A stretch of 64,000 nucleotides of DNA, from positions 1,860,001 to 1,924,000 of the forward strand of contig OX597827.1 in NCBI GenBank assembly GCA_951406725.2. The letters are read 5' to 3'. The notes beneath the pieces are model-generated. The model ran no database searches, was not told where the DNA came from, and worked only from the letters and a program-made list of their open reading frames with translations. Position numbers and translations under genes: made by a program. Shown here piece by piece: positions 53,013 to 64,000 of this stretch; position 1 is the stretch's first letter, and the number at the start of each line of letters is the position of its first letter. This DNA is from Octopus vulgaris. Taxonomy: Eukaryota.

Positions 53013-53858
53013 CATGGATTACATGGAAAAATGCGAGCAAGAGAAATAATATTCTTAAGATTATAAACCTGTAAAAGTAGAGGACAAGTTATTACACTTG
53101 GAAAAGTACAGGGAAAGCTATTGCATCTGGTAAAGTACAGAACAAGATAAGTTTTACTTAAAATATTGCAACTAAGGATAAAATTGGAATATTAAGAATT
53201 ATTTGATATCAATTTGCGAAGTAACGTTATAATTAAAAAAAAAAAGGTACCATCATATTGTTAAAATATTGATACACTAGAATACTTAAAAAATGAGAGC
53301 CAGAAGTACCAATAGAGCTAAAGTTTTATGCAAAGTAGAATAGTATATATGGTAGGCAAATTCATTATGTAAAAAATAGGAATTGGGTCAAGACTAAAAA
53401 CGTGAAGACTTGGCAAGAACTCGAGCAAATTTTACTGTGAATTTGTTGTTATAGGTAAATTTTACTGTAATATATAACTAATTTCTTTATTATTCTATTT
53501 ATTGTACTTACTAATTATGTACTACTATTATTTTTATAACCTGTTTTCAAATTTCTAATTATTAATCAGTAATTAAAAACGAAATTTTATAAAGTGGTAA
53601 AAAGTTTTTGATTGAGTTATTTTTTAATTTTTGATAGAAATGACAAGTAATAACAAATAGAATTAATAACTTTTTAGTTTTAATAAAAGCTAATATTTTC
53701 TAAATCTAAATATTTTATTTGAAATTAGTAGCAATATTTTAAGTAAAACTTTTCTTGTTCTGTACTTTACCAAGTGTAATAACTTGTCATGTAATTTTCC
53801 CGGTTTATAATCTTAAGAATATCATTTCTCTTGCTCGCATTTTCCCATGTAATCTATG
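53013..53858. mobile_element. Non-autonomous foldback/MITE-like DNA element with about 140-165 bp TIRs
   Basis: 53013-53175 (catggattacatggaaaaatgcgagcaagagaaat..) is the reverse complement of about 53725-53858. The left arm has an extra approximately 29-bp internal duplication, and the interior is AT-rich and non-coding. Confidence 0.85.
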
Positions 53859-54353
53859 GCTTGAAACGTGCCTCCAGCAGGTACCGTTTCTTTTTTTTCT
53901 TTCGTATACTTTGTCTCATGCTCTACTTTGATAACGGGTTCATTCGAAGCGTCAGTCTGTTTTTCTTGCTTTCGTTTCCAGGGTGCCATTCAGGGTGCCA
54001 TTCAGGGTGCATACTTTCATTGTTATCCCTTTTGTATATTTACATCTTTTCCGTCAATTTTTGAACTTTTGTCTACTTTTTGTTACTTCTCATGTTGTCC
54101 ATCTGTCCGTCCCTCATTCCTCTCTTTCCATCTGTGTTATTTCTCTCTCTCTCCCTCTCTTTACCCCCCTCTCTCTCTCACACACACACACAAGGAGGTA
54201 GATAGATAGATAGACAGACAGATAGACATAGATACTGATACAGTGATATGCATACATATACGAAATGGGTTCGTTTGAAGCATCTACTAAACTTTAAGTT
54301 GCGTGGACCCGAATTAAACTTAGTAAATGAATAATATATGTAACTTCTACTAA

Positions 54354-54449
<96 letters not shown>

Positions 54450-54476
54450 GTCTGTCTGTCTGTCTGCCTGCCTGCC

Positions 54477-54542
<66 letters not shown>

Positions 54543-54844
54543 AATATATATATATATCTATATATATCTATATACGTGAGTGTGCGTATGTGCGTGTGTG
54601 TGTGTTTGTTTGTGTGTGTATGTATGTATATTCAACTCTGTACGGTGGAATGAAAGCCGAATATGAACGTACGCACCTCCGGATCGTAAGCTAGCGCTTT
54701 AAGTATTCCGCCAGTCCTATTTGCTAACCCAGCCACGAATCTTGTACAATTGCCCAAAATCCAAGAAAAAATAAAACAAAGAAAATAAAAAGAATTAAAG
54801 AAAAAGCCAAAATGCTATAATTTCATGAAGTGTCAATGACAAGA

Positions 54845-54878
<34 letters not shown>

Positions 54879-56348
54879 GGATAAGGATGAGGATGATGAT
54901 GATGATGATTGAGGTGGTGGTGATGATGGGGAAGATGATGATGATGATGGTGGTGGTAGTGGTAATGACCCGTCATCGTCAACCTCCTCCTCTTCCTCCT
55001 CCTCCATCATCCTCATCACGATAGTGTGTTTTTGTTTTTCACTTAATGTACACTGCCTCCCTGCCGACTCGACAAGTTTTCAAGATGTCTGTCGTTCCCT
55101 TAACAAATTGTCTTACCACTGTTTTCCTGCCAACTCTGTTAATGATGAGGAACCATCAAATTGAAATATCAGATATCAAACTTGAACAACAGTAACGACA
55201 GCAGCAACAACAACAACAACAACAACAAACAACGGTTTCATGTTCCTACTGTACGACTGATATCAGGTTGTTAAAATAAATATTATTAAATCCTCAAAGC
55301 ATGTTAATAAATGTCACTGGTTTATATAAACGTATTGTTTGCTCTGAGAGATTTGTTTGTGTTTACATCGTTATCATATTGTAGTCGTTGTTGTAGTTGC
55401 TGTTGCTACTGCTACTGCTGCTGCTAATGCTGCTGCTAATGCTGCTGCTGTTGCGATTATTATTGCGAATTGGGAGATTCGTAGGTACGCCGAGGAATAT
55501 ACTTAGCTGCTTTTTGTCGGACTCTACGTTCTCAGTTCAAATGCCTCCGAGGTCGGATTTTTCTTTCATCCTTTAGAAGTAGATAAAATAAGTACCAGCT
55601 GAATACTAGGGTCGATGTAATCGACTTAACCCCTCTCCCGAAATTGCCGGCCATGTGCCAAAATTTGAAATCATTATTATTTATGTTATTACTATGTGTA
55701 GTATTATCATTATTGCCATTTATGGCAGCGAGTTGGCAGAATCGTTAGCACAGCAGACAAAAAGATTCTGGTGTAGGATGGAGGCTTTAGGATTTCTTTC
55801 TGAGCGGTACCCATGCTTCGGCTTCATCTGGCATTAAGGTTGCATTCTGTGTTTTTTTTGTTTTTCATTTATTTCGTTTTTGTCACTTGTCCGTCTACAA
55901 GCAGTCTCATCTTGAATTACATTTATGCATTTTCGTATGCTCACTTCTGTATTGCTCATTATCCATGTATTGTTTGTCTGTTCTCGGTCCATATTGCCTG
56001 CAACTCTTGCAAGTGCCTCCAACTGGTAATCAAAATTATCGTTAAAGGCACGAAATTGCGTCAGCACCGTCTGGTGGGTAACTGATGGGGAACTGGGGAC
56101 CTTCTATGTCTGTTTTCCGTTCGTCTATGCCTTTAATATATGATTTTTAACTTGCAATTCTGCGTCTGCTTTACGTTTGTTAATTTACTATACTTTTTTA
56201 ATAAATGTGGGTGAATTCGGTGCGTAGAGAGTCATGAAAGCATTGATGTCGTGTTCATTTACCATTGGTTCGGCCCATCTTTTTTTCAGTCAATGGTTTA
56301 GGTTTAGTCGCTTTAAATGGAGCATATATTATTATAAATAATATATAG

Positions 56349-56413
<65 letters not shown>

Positions 56414-57109
56414 TATATACACATATATACACATATAGTTATATTTATATATCCACATATATGTGAGTGTATCTATGTGTGTACCTATATATACATCTCT
56501 ATGCGTGTGTTTGTTCTCCCACTACTTGACAACCGGTGCTCTGTTTTTACGTTTTCTTAATTAGCGGTTTTGCAAACGTGTTTGTGAGAATAAGTCCCAG
56601 ATTTAAAGGTATAGGAACTGGGTTCGATTTGCTCGACTGAGCTCTTAAATGCGGTGCCCCAACATGTCCACAATCGAAACCAGTAACTGAAATCAGTAAA
56701 AAAAAAAAGGAGAATACTCTTTATCTATCTTTTCTTTTTTCCTTCTCTTTTTTGTTTGGCATGAATTAGTTACCAGTTTACCGACTCACACAAATTCGTA
56801 GCCATTGCCATAGAAATGCTTTCATCATATTCTTAATACTTCTTCCTCTGCTTCTCTTTTCCAACATATCAAGTGGTGTAGAGAAGTACTAACATGTTTT
56901 AACGTATATGGCTTCTATCTTGTGCTTCATTTCGACCAACGATGTTCATCGTCAATCCAGACAACTATTTCAGGGAAAATTTTGCATTAAGTCTATAAAC
57001 AAGGGAACAGTTGGGGCTATTTTCTTCGTCCTTCTTCGCCGTTTTGGGAAGGAAGATTACAATTAAATATACGTATGTATGTATGTATGTATGTATGTAT
57101 GTATGTATG

Positions 57110-57194
<85 letters not shown>

Positions 57195-57197
<3 letters not shown>

Positions 57198-57317
57198 CCT
57201 GCTCGCTTAGCCAGCGGGTTAGCGTCATTTGAAGGCTAAAACAATGCGACGCGCATTGTGACCAGCGATGTATAGCAACATCTGATAGCCTGGTCGGTCA
57301 CGGTGATCATGGTGATA
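57195..57317 (+). mobile_element. Isolated tail type 2 of the family C SINE, embedded in (TA)n
   Basis: Matches the reverse complement of 22675-22797. Confidence 0.88.
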
Positions 57318-57318
57318 T

Positions 57319-57364
<46 letters not shown>

Positions 57365-57368
<4 letters not shown>

Positions 57369-57765
57369 TCTTTTTTACTCTTTTAGTCTCTTTTACGTGA
57401 TTCAGTCATTTGACTGCGGCCATGCTGGAGCACCGCCTTTAGTCGAAGTAATCGACCCCAGCACTTATTCTTTGTTAGCCTAGTACTTGTTCTATCGGTC
57501 TATTTTGCCGAACCGCTAAGTTACGGGGATGTAAACACACCAGCATCGATTGTCAAGCGATGTTGGGGGGGGGGGGGACAAACACGAAACACACAAATAA
57601 AAACACATATATATACATATATACGACTGGCTTCTTTCAGTTTCCGTCTACCAAATCCACTCACAAGGCTTTGGTCGGCCAGAGGCTATAGTAGAATACA
57701 CTTGCCCAAGGTGCCACGCAGTGGGACTGAACCCGGAACCATGTGGTTCGTAAGCAAGCTACTTA

Positions 57766-57770
<5 letters not shown>
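57365..57770 (-). mobile_element. SINE family B, near full-length conserved copy
   Basis: Head, body and (aaaagagt)n tail are all present. Confidence 0.9.
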
Positions 57771-57836
<66 letters not shown>

Positions 57837-57981
57837 TATATATACACATATATATATTTATGCATATTATTATTTTACTTGGATACACATTAGCGATTCG
57901 CTAAATCATCCAAAGATTTCTACGGCATGGACATATATGCTGGGAGCGATCCTCGTCCGGGAAGAGCAGAATCGGGCCGTT

Positions 57982-58035
57982 CCTACCGAAGAGGCTACGG
58001 AAAAGGCCGAAACCAACCGATCAATTTGGAAATAC
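57982..58035 (+). ncRNA. Degenerate hammerhead-like motif (CCGAAGA core variant)
   Basis: CCGAAGA-ggct-loop-ggcc-GAAA-ccaa-loop-ttgg. Stems II and III are present, but the NUH triplet and stem I are not intact. Confidence 0.4.
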
Positions 58036-58348
58036 CTCAACCGCTGATTTTCGGCCGAATACTGCCCTGTCAGCATGTATGTATGCAGTTATGTGCTTTG
58101 GCTGCAACGTTAGAGCGTTTAGCTCTTATTTCTAGCAATGTAGGTATTCCTAACACTCCCAGTCATGTTTAATGACAGTTATGGTTTTTCTTTTGGTACA
58201 CATTTGCTCACGGCTCCCGAAATCTATTACACACACACACACATATATATACATGAGCGCCTAATAATAATACTTCAATTGTTCCACCTCCTTGTGTTGT
58301 CGTTTTTTCTGTTTTCTCGTTTGGATTAACCTTATATATATGTATATG

Positions 58349-58451
<103 letters not shown>

Positions 58452-58458
58452 ATACATA

Positions 58459-58507
<49 letters not shown>

Positions 58508-59510
58508 GTAGGTATATGTTTATGTGTATGTATCTTTGTGTCTATGTTTGTCCTCCACTACCACTTGACAATCGGTGTTGGTGTGGTTATATCCCCATAA
58601 CCATTCGGGATTCGCCAAAAGAAATAGAATAAGTACAAGGCTTAAAAAATGTCCTGGGGTCGATTTGTTCGACTATAACTCTTGAAGGCAGTGCCCCATC
58701 TCGGCCGCAGTCAAATGGTTGAAGCAATATAAAAGAAATAAAGCACAGGCATGGCTATTAGATGCAAGCGTGGATGTGTAGTTACGAAGCTCTCTTTTTG
58801 TAACCAGGTAGTTTCAAGTTCAACCCCATTGTAGTATACTTGACCTTGCGGCTTGTGCTCTAGTCCCGGGCCAATCGATGTCATGTAATTGAATTTGGTA
58901 GACGGAAACTCCGTGGCCGCCCGTCGTTTGTGTTGTGTGTGTGTGTCTTTGCGTTTAAGTTGCTCCCTCATCATCGCTTGACGACCGGTGATCGTTTGCT
59001 TACGTCGCCGTATTTAAACAGTTCAGCAATAGACTCTAGCAGAATAAGCATCAGTATTAAAATTTTTTAATATGTACTGGGATCGATTTGTTTTAATAAA
59101 ACCCATCAAAGTGATGCCCCAGCATGACCGCAGTCCATTGACAGTAACAACTAATGGATAAAAGATAAGACAATAAAGAATCGTATTCGTTTCCAAGTGT
59201 ACCCTCTTGGTATAATTTTGGTTATCTTCAATGCCTGACACGGGTAGTCTTCACATCATGTTAAACTCTTATTTTCATTTCATTTCATCTAGTTTCAGCT
59301 CACGAGCTGTGGCCATGCTGGGGCAATTTGGTATAAATAGAAGCACAAGGAGGTAGATATATACTGTTGAATATCAACATTTCCAGATGTACAATATTAG
59401 ATTCTCATTTGCATCTATGAAACTTTGAGTAATGTGGATCTCAGTCAACCTGTTATTAAATATTCACATAATACTTGTGTTATGATCTTATATTTGTTCA
59501 ACTCTCTCTC

Positions 59511-59575
<65 letters not shown>

Positions 59576-59576
<1 letters not shown>

Positions 59577-59797
59577 GAGTGAGAGAAAGCAGTTCATGCC
59601 ATTAAAGTGACACTGGAGTAAAATATATGAAGCCCAGTACACCCATCATGACTACCTGTCTGATAATGGTACACCAGGCACATGCATCACAACCATATGT
59701 GCGCGACATGGTGATCTCATATCAAGATAAACAGCACATGACCTTGCAGGTGGGGCCCAGTTAGAATTTTCTTCAGGTTGAGTAGCCCATCCCGCTC
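59576..59797 (-). mobile_element. Family D retroposon, 5'-truncated, within (TAA)n on both sides
   Basis: Reverse complement of about 29570-29789. Confidence 0.9.
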
Positions 59798-59868
<71 letters not shown>

Positions 59869-59874
<6 letters not shown>

Positions 59875-59945
59875 TCACTGCCTGGAATTGAACTTGGAAT
59901 CGTGGGGTTAGTAGCCCCCGCTTTTAGCCACTACACCATATGCCC
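59869..59945 (-). mobile_element. Approximately 80-bp tRNA-derived mini-SINE ending in (TAA)n
   Basis: The minus strand reads gggcatatggtgtagtggctaa..caagttcaattccaggcagtgacctg(aat)n, with A and B boxes. A second copy is at 12857. Confidence 0.75.
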
Positions 59946-60291
59946 ATGGGCATATCAATGTTTTTTGGGTTTTTTTTTACTCTACTCTTGTGCTGCTCCA
60001 CGTTCTTGACTTCCGCTCGCCACTCTTCGCTTATTCCCATTATTTATTGCAGTAAGGTTTCTGACATTGTTTTATTCTTCCCTGAGATGCAAGCATGGCT
60101 GTCTTGTGTAGGAGTTCTCTTTGCAAGCGCGTGATTTCGGGTTCAGTCCCAGGGTGCTACACCTTAGGCAAATGTCTTCTGTTCTAACCCCGGGCCGACA
60201 AATATCTTGCGAGAGATTTTCATAGCTGGAAACTGTGTGGAAGCATGTCGTACACACACACACACACACACACATATATAAATATATATGC

Positions 60292-60325
<34 letters not shown>

Positions 60326-60639
60326 TGGTATGTGTGTGTATGTGTGGATATTTGTCCGCACCACCACTTAACAACCGGTATTGGTTCTTTTACGTTCTGT
60401 AGCATCACAGTTCGGCAAAAGACTCCGATAAAGTAAATACCAGACTTAAACATAAAAAAGGACTGGGGACCATTTGTTCGACTAAAATACCTTCAAGAAA
60501 GTACTGCAGCATGGCCGCAGACCAATTACTTAAACAGGTAAAAGATAAAGGCTACAACAGCCTAGAACTGTAATAACTTAAGAAAGCCACATCAGGTACC
60601 TGAGAGCCGTCATCCTTTGATGACAGCAATCACTTAACA

Positions 60640-60900
60640 TTCATTTAGAGTAAACAAGGAATTGTTTCATATTTCTCAAATTTTACTGATATTTTTAGCA
60701 TCGTGCTTCATCAAATAATAACTCCTCGTGTATACTTGAATCTTTGAAAATTTTAATTTCAATATGGCTTCTTATCTTATCTATAATTTGCATTAAAAAT
60801 TTTATTTTCGGATATCTTAAATTACACTTTATTCTATTACAATCTCCATGGCAGCTGCGTTGTTCTCTAAATATGTTAGTGTAAAACAAAATTCAAGGAA
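60640..60900 (-). pseudogene. Possible Penelope GIY-YIG endonuclease C-terminal relic
   Basis: IEIKIFKDSSIHEELLFDEARC*KYQ*NL resembles xIL..xELxxxEAxxIxxxxPxLN. A hammerhead lies nearby in inverted orientation. Confidence 0.35.
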
Positions 60901-61094
60901 CTAAGTTGATGGTCTCTGTGATGGTTAACATTAACAATACAAAGAGTTCAGAAAGCTTCGGTTTCAGTCCCACTACGCAGTACCTTGGCAAACTATATTC
61001 TACTACATAATAAAGCCAACAAATGCCATACGAGTGAATTTAGAAGGTGGAAATTGTGTGGAAGCCCGCCGTGTATACACACATACATATATTT

Positions 61095-61139
61095 ATAGTC
61101 CGATGATGGTTTAAGAGGCTGAAACTTCGAAGCCACTGT
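61095..61139 (+). ncRNA. Degenerate minimal type I hammerhead (CCGAUGA core, GCC triplet)
   Basis: atagt-CCGATGA-t-ggttt-aag-aggct-GAAA-cttcgaag-cc-actgt. Stem I is 5 bp, stem II is wobble-rich, stem III is the palindrome cttcgaag, and U16.1 is replaced by C. Confidence 0.6.
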
Positions 61140-62285
61140 TAATACTATTCTTGTTAAAGAATATAACCAAAATTTGAAGATAACCAAAATTTGTATTCTA
61201 CCAATTGTAGTGAGAAATCCCTCAATTTAACGTAACATTGTCTTTATTTTAACACGAAAACAAACATTAATATGTGTGTGTGTGTGTGTGTTTATATATA
61301 TATACACACTTGACGGTTTGACGATTTGCAAAGCAGAATTCTTTAAGACTGTAAAAAATATACTGGGGTCGCTTTCTTCTAAACCCTAAAGACGGTGCCT
61401 CTAGAACTGATAGAAATGAAAATGTATCTATCAACATGTAGACTTTGTTCTCAAGAGTCCCTTTTCCAGTGCTTCACACTTGCCCGTAATTTGGGCAAAT
61501 GCTTCTGAGGACAAGGAAATAAAACATAATTTTGCATTCAGCACTGAATATTTTACACGGAAATAAGAAGATGAATATGTGACACATTTACCAACGGATT
61601 TTTTGGCTGCTTTAATTATTCACTTTCTGATATGTTTCAAATATTATTGCTTATATATTGTCACGCTTTTATATTGTTCCCTTTATTGTAAATCGTTTCA
61701 GCAGTCGGAAACGCGAAGCTGAAATTTGCAACTCAAGATGTTTCAAGATCTTATAAAGGATGTACACTTAATTTTATATATTGTGCTCTTTTACAAACAA
61801 AAATAAGCTCAGTATATCCAGATGGTTAAAAAGTTCGCTTCACAACCATCATGTCCCAGTTTCAGTTCTGTAGCGTTGCATCTTGGGAAAAATGTGATTT
61901 TTGTATAGCCCCGAGTCGACACATACACTACGAGTGAAACTGGGTACACGGAATCTGTGTAGAAGCTCTTCGGGTAAAGTGAATCTGTTATTCTTAGTTT
62001 GGCGTCCTATGTTACTGTTTCTGTCTGAGAATTACGTTAAGGAAACTCGTGACTGTGGGATACTCAGACACTTAGAAACTAATTCAAGAGCAGCTTATTA
62101 GGTTTATCAAACAACTCCATCCTCATTCTTGAAAAAAACCAAGATCCACCTCTACAACAAACAAAAATTTCTCATATCTGTGTGTGTGTTTGTTTGTGTG
62201 TGAGAGAGAGAGAGAGAGAGAGAAGAAAATACGTGTGAGAAAGAGTGTGAGAGAGAAAGAGAGGAAGTATGTGTGTTTGTATATA

Positions 62286-62339
<54 letters not shown>

Positions 62340-62796
62340 TGTGTGTGTGTATGTGTGTGTATGTGACTGTACCTACACATATAGTTTGTATTGAGTTCGG
62401 TCAGTAATTTACATAATATAATATTTTCTATTATGTTTCTGTGATTTTCATCGAGTTATTTTGTATTTTTGTTTCGATCTTGTTTGCAGCTGCAGAGATA
62501 TTTGATAAGAAATGGTTTCATAGAGATTTTCCATCTGTCTCAAATGTTTCGTTTTCATACGCTGGCGGCTAGATATATGTGGAAACTGCAGAGAAACTAA
62601 TTACAAGATACACAAACACACATACACACACACCTCTCTCTCTCTACACACACACACGCATGCACGCACGCGTACACACACACGCAGCACTTCTCCCGTA
62701 CAAACGCAACACATACATATAATATGAATATGTATATATTTACATACATGCATATATCTACACACACACATCAATCTCTCTGTTTATCTATCTATC

Positions 62797-62886
<90 letters not shown>

Positions 62887-62889
62887 TCG

Positions 62890-62925
<36 letters not shown>

Positions 62926-63007
62926 GTCTATCTGTCTCTCTACCTGTCTATCTATCTATCTATCTATCTGTCTATCTATCTCTATATATGTATTCACACA
63001 TATATAC

Positions 63008-63055
<48 letters not shown>

Positions 63056-63114
63056 ATGTACATATATGTGTGTATATACGTGTGTGTATATACATACACA
63101 CATATATATATACA

Positions 63115-63155
<41 letters not shown>

Positions 63156-63458
63156 ATATATGTGTGTATATATATATGTTTGTATGTTTGTGTGTGCGTG
63201 TGTTCATGTGTGTGTGCTTGTTTGTGTGAGTGTGTGTATGAATGTATATTTGCCTATCTGTAGCCACGCGCGTGTGTGTGTGTGTATGGCCTCACACGTC
63301 TCCTTGACAGAATAACACACTGTTATTCTAGTCATGCTCCGTGACATATGCAAACATATCTACTGTCCTTGTTGAAGTTTGTCAAAATAGCAGATAATAC
63401 TTTGATCAAGTACCAGAACGTAGGGTTAGTCAGCGATTCTATTTGGTATATCTGCACT

Positions 63459-63600
63459 TATAAGGGGAGACAGTCTAAAATTGTGGGGTTGTATGAATGA
63501 TGCAGTCGTTGTTCTCTTCTCCTTCTCGCTGTTTATCCCTGATTTTCCGATCCGCAATTATAAGGGGAGCAGCACAAAATTTCGGGTTGTATGAATGTTT
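63459..63600 (+). repeat. Approximately 100-bp-period imperfect tandem duplication
   Basis: tataaggggag..aaaatt..gggttgtatgaatg occurs near 63459 and 63560. Confidence 0.75.
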
Positions 63601-63726
63601 CTATTGTTCTTTATCTTGGTTAACCCCGATCTCCCAGATCAAAACGCTCCTCCCGTAGCAATAAAATGTTTTCCTCGTTTTACTCAATAGTACATCTAGG
63701 ACTTCATTATTTAATGCAGCACAAGT

Positions 63727-63940
63727 CGGCGAGCAGAACCGTTAGCACGCCGGATAAAATGCTTAGCGGCATTTCGTCCGTCTTTACTCTCTGAGTTCAC
63801 ATTCCGTCGAGGTCGATTATACTTTTCATCCTTTCGGGGTCGATAAAATAGGTGCCAATTGAGCATAGGGGTCGATATAATCGACTTATGCCACCTTCCG
63901 TAATAACTGGCATTGCATCAAAATTTTAAACCATTATTAA
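63727..63940 (+). mobile_element. SINE family A copy
   Basis: ggcgagcagaaccgttagcacgccgg..ttcatcctttcggggtcgataaaata. Confidence 0.88.
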
Positions 63941-64000
63941 ATGCTGCATTCATTTCATTTTGAGACAGTAAGATATGATTTCGGGAAAGTTTGGCTGCTA

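Noticed and set aside
56045-56105. GAAA upstream of CTGATGG, a possible further permuted hammerhead
   Set aside because: The core has a mismatch, the stems are inconsistent, and there is only one copy in the window.

Overview
AT-rich eukaryotic intergenic or intronic DNA saturated with microsatellites ((TA)n, (CA)n, (TATC)n, (TAA)n, (ATC)n, (TTC)n). These produce almost all of the ORF track. The SINE repertoire and repeat density suggest an octopus (coleoid cephalopod) genome; that assignment is from memory and unverified. I found no convincing host protein-coding exon. All recognisable coding sequence is transposon-derived: R4/Dong-type RLE retrotransposons, one full-length decayed mariner plus fragments, RTE and CR1/L2-like LINE ends, a Merlin/ISXO2-like transposase relic, an ORF1-only L1/Tx1-like element with a target-site duplication, and several Penelope-like element (PLE) fragments. 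The most interesting signal is at the RNA level. The window holds several PLE-associated minimal hammerhead ribozyme motifs, some with a recurrent CCGANGA core variant. It also holds a three-copy PLE 3'-end repeat in which the hammerhead core segments appear in a non-circularly permuted order. All RNA pairings were read by eye and not folded computationally.
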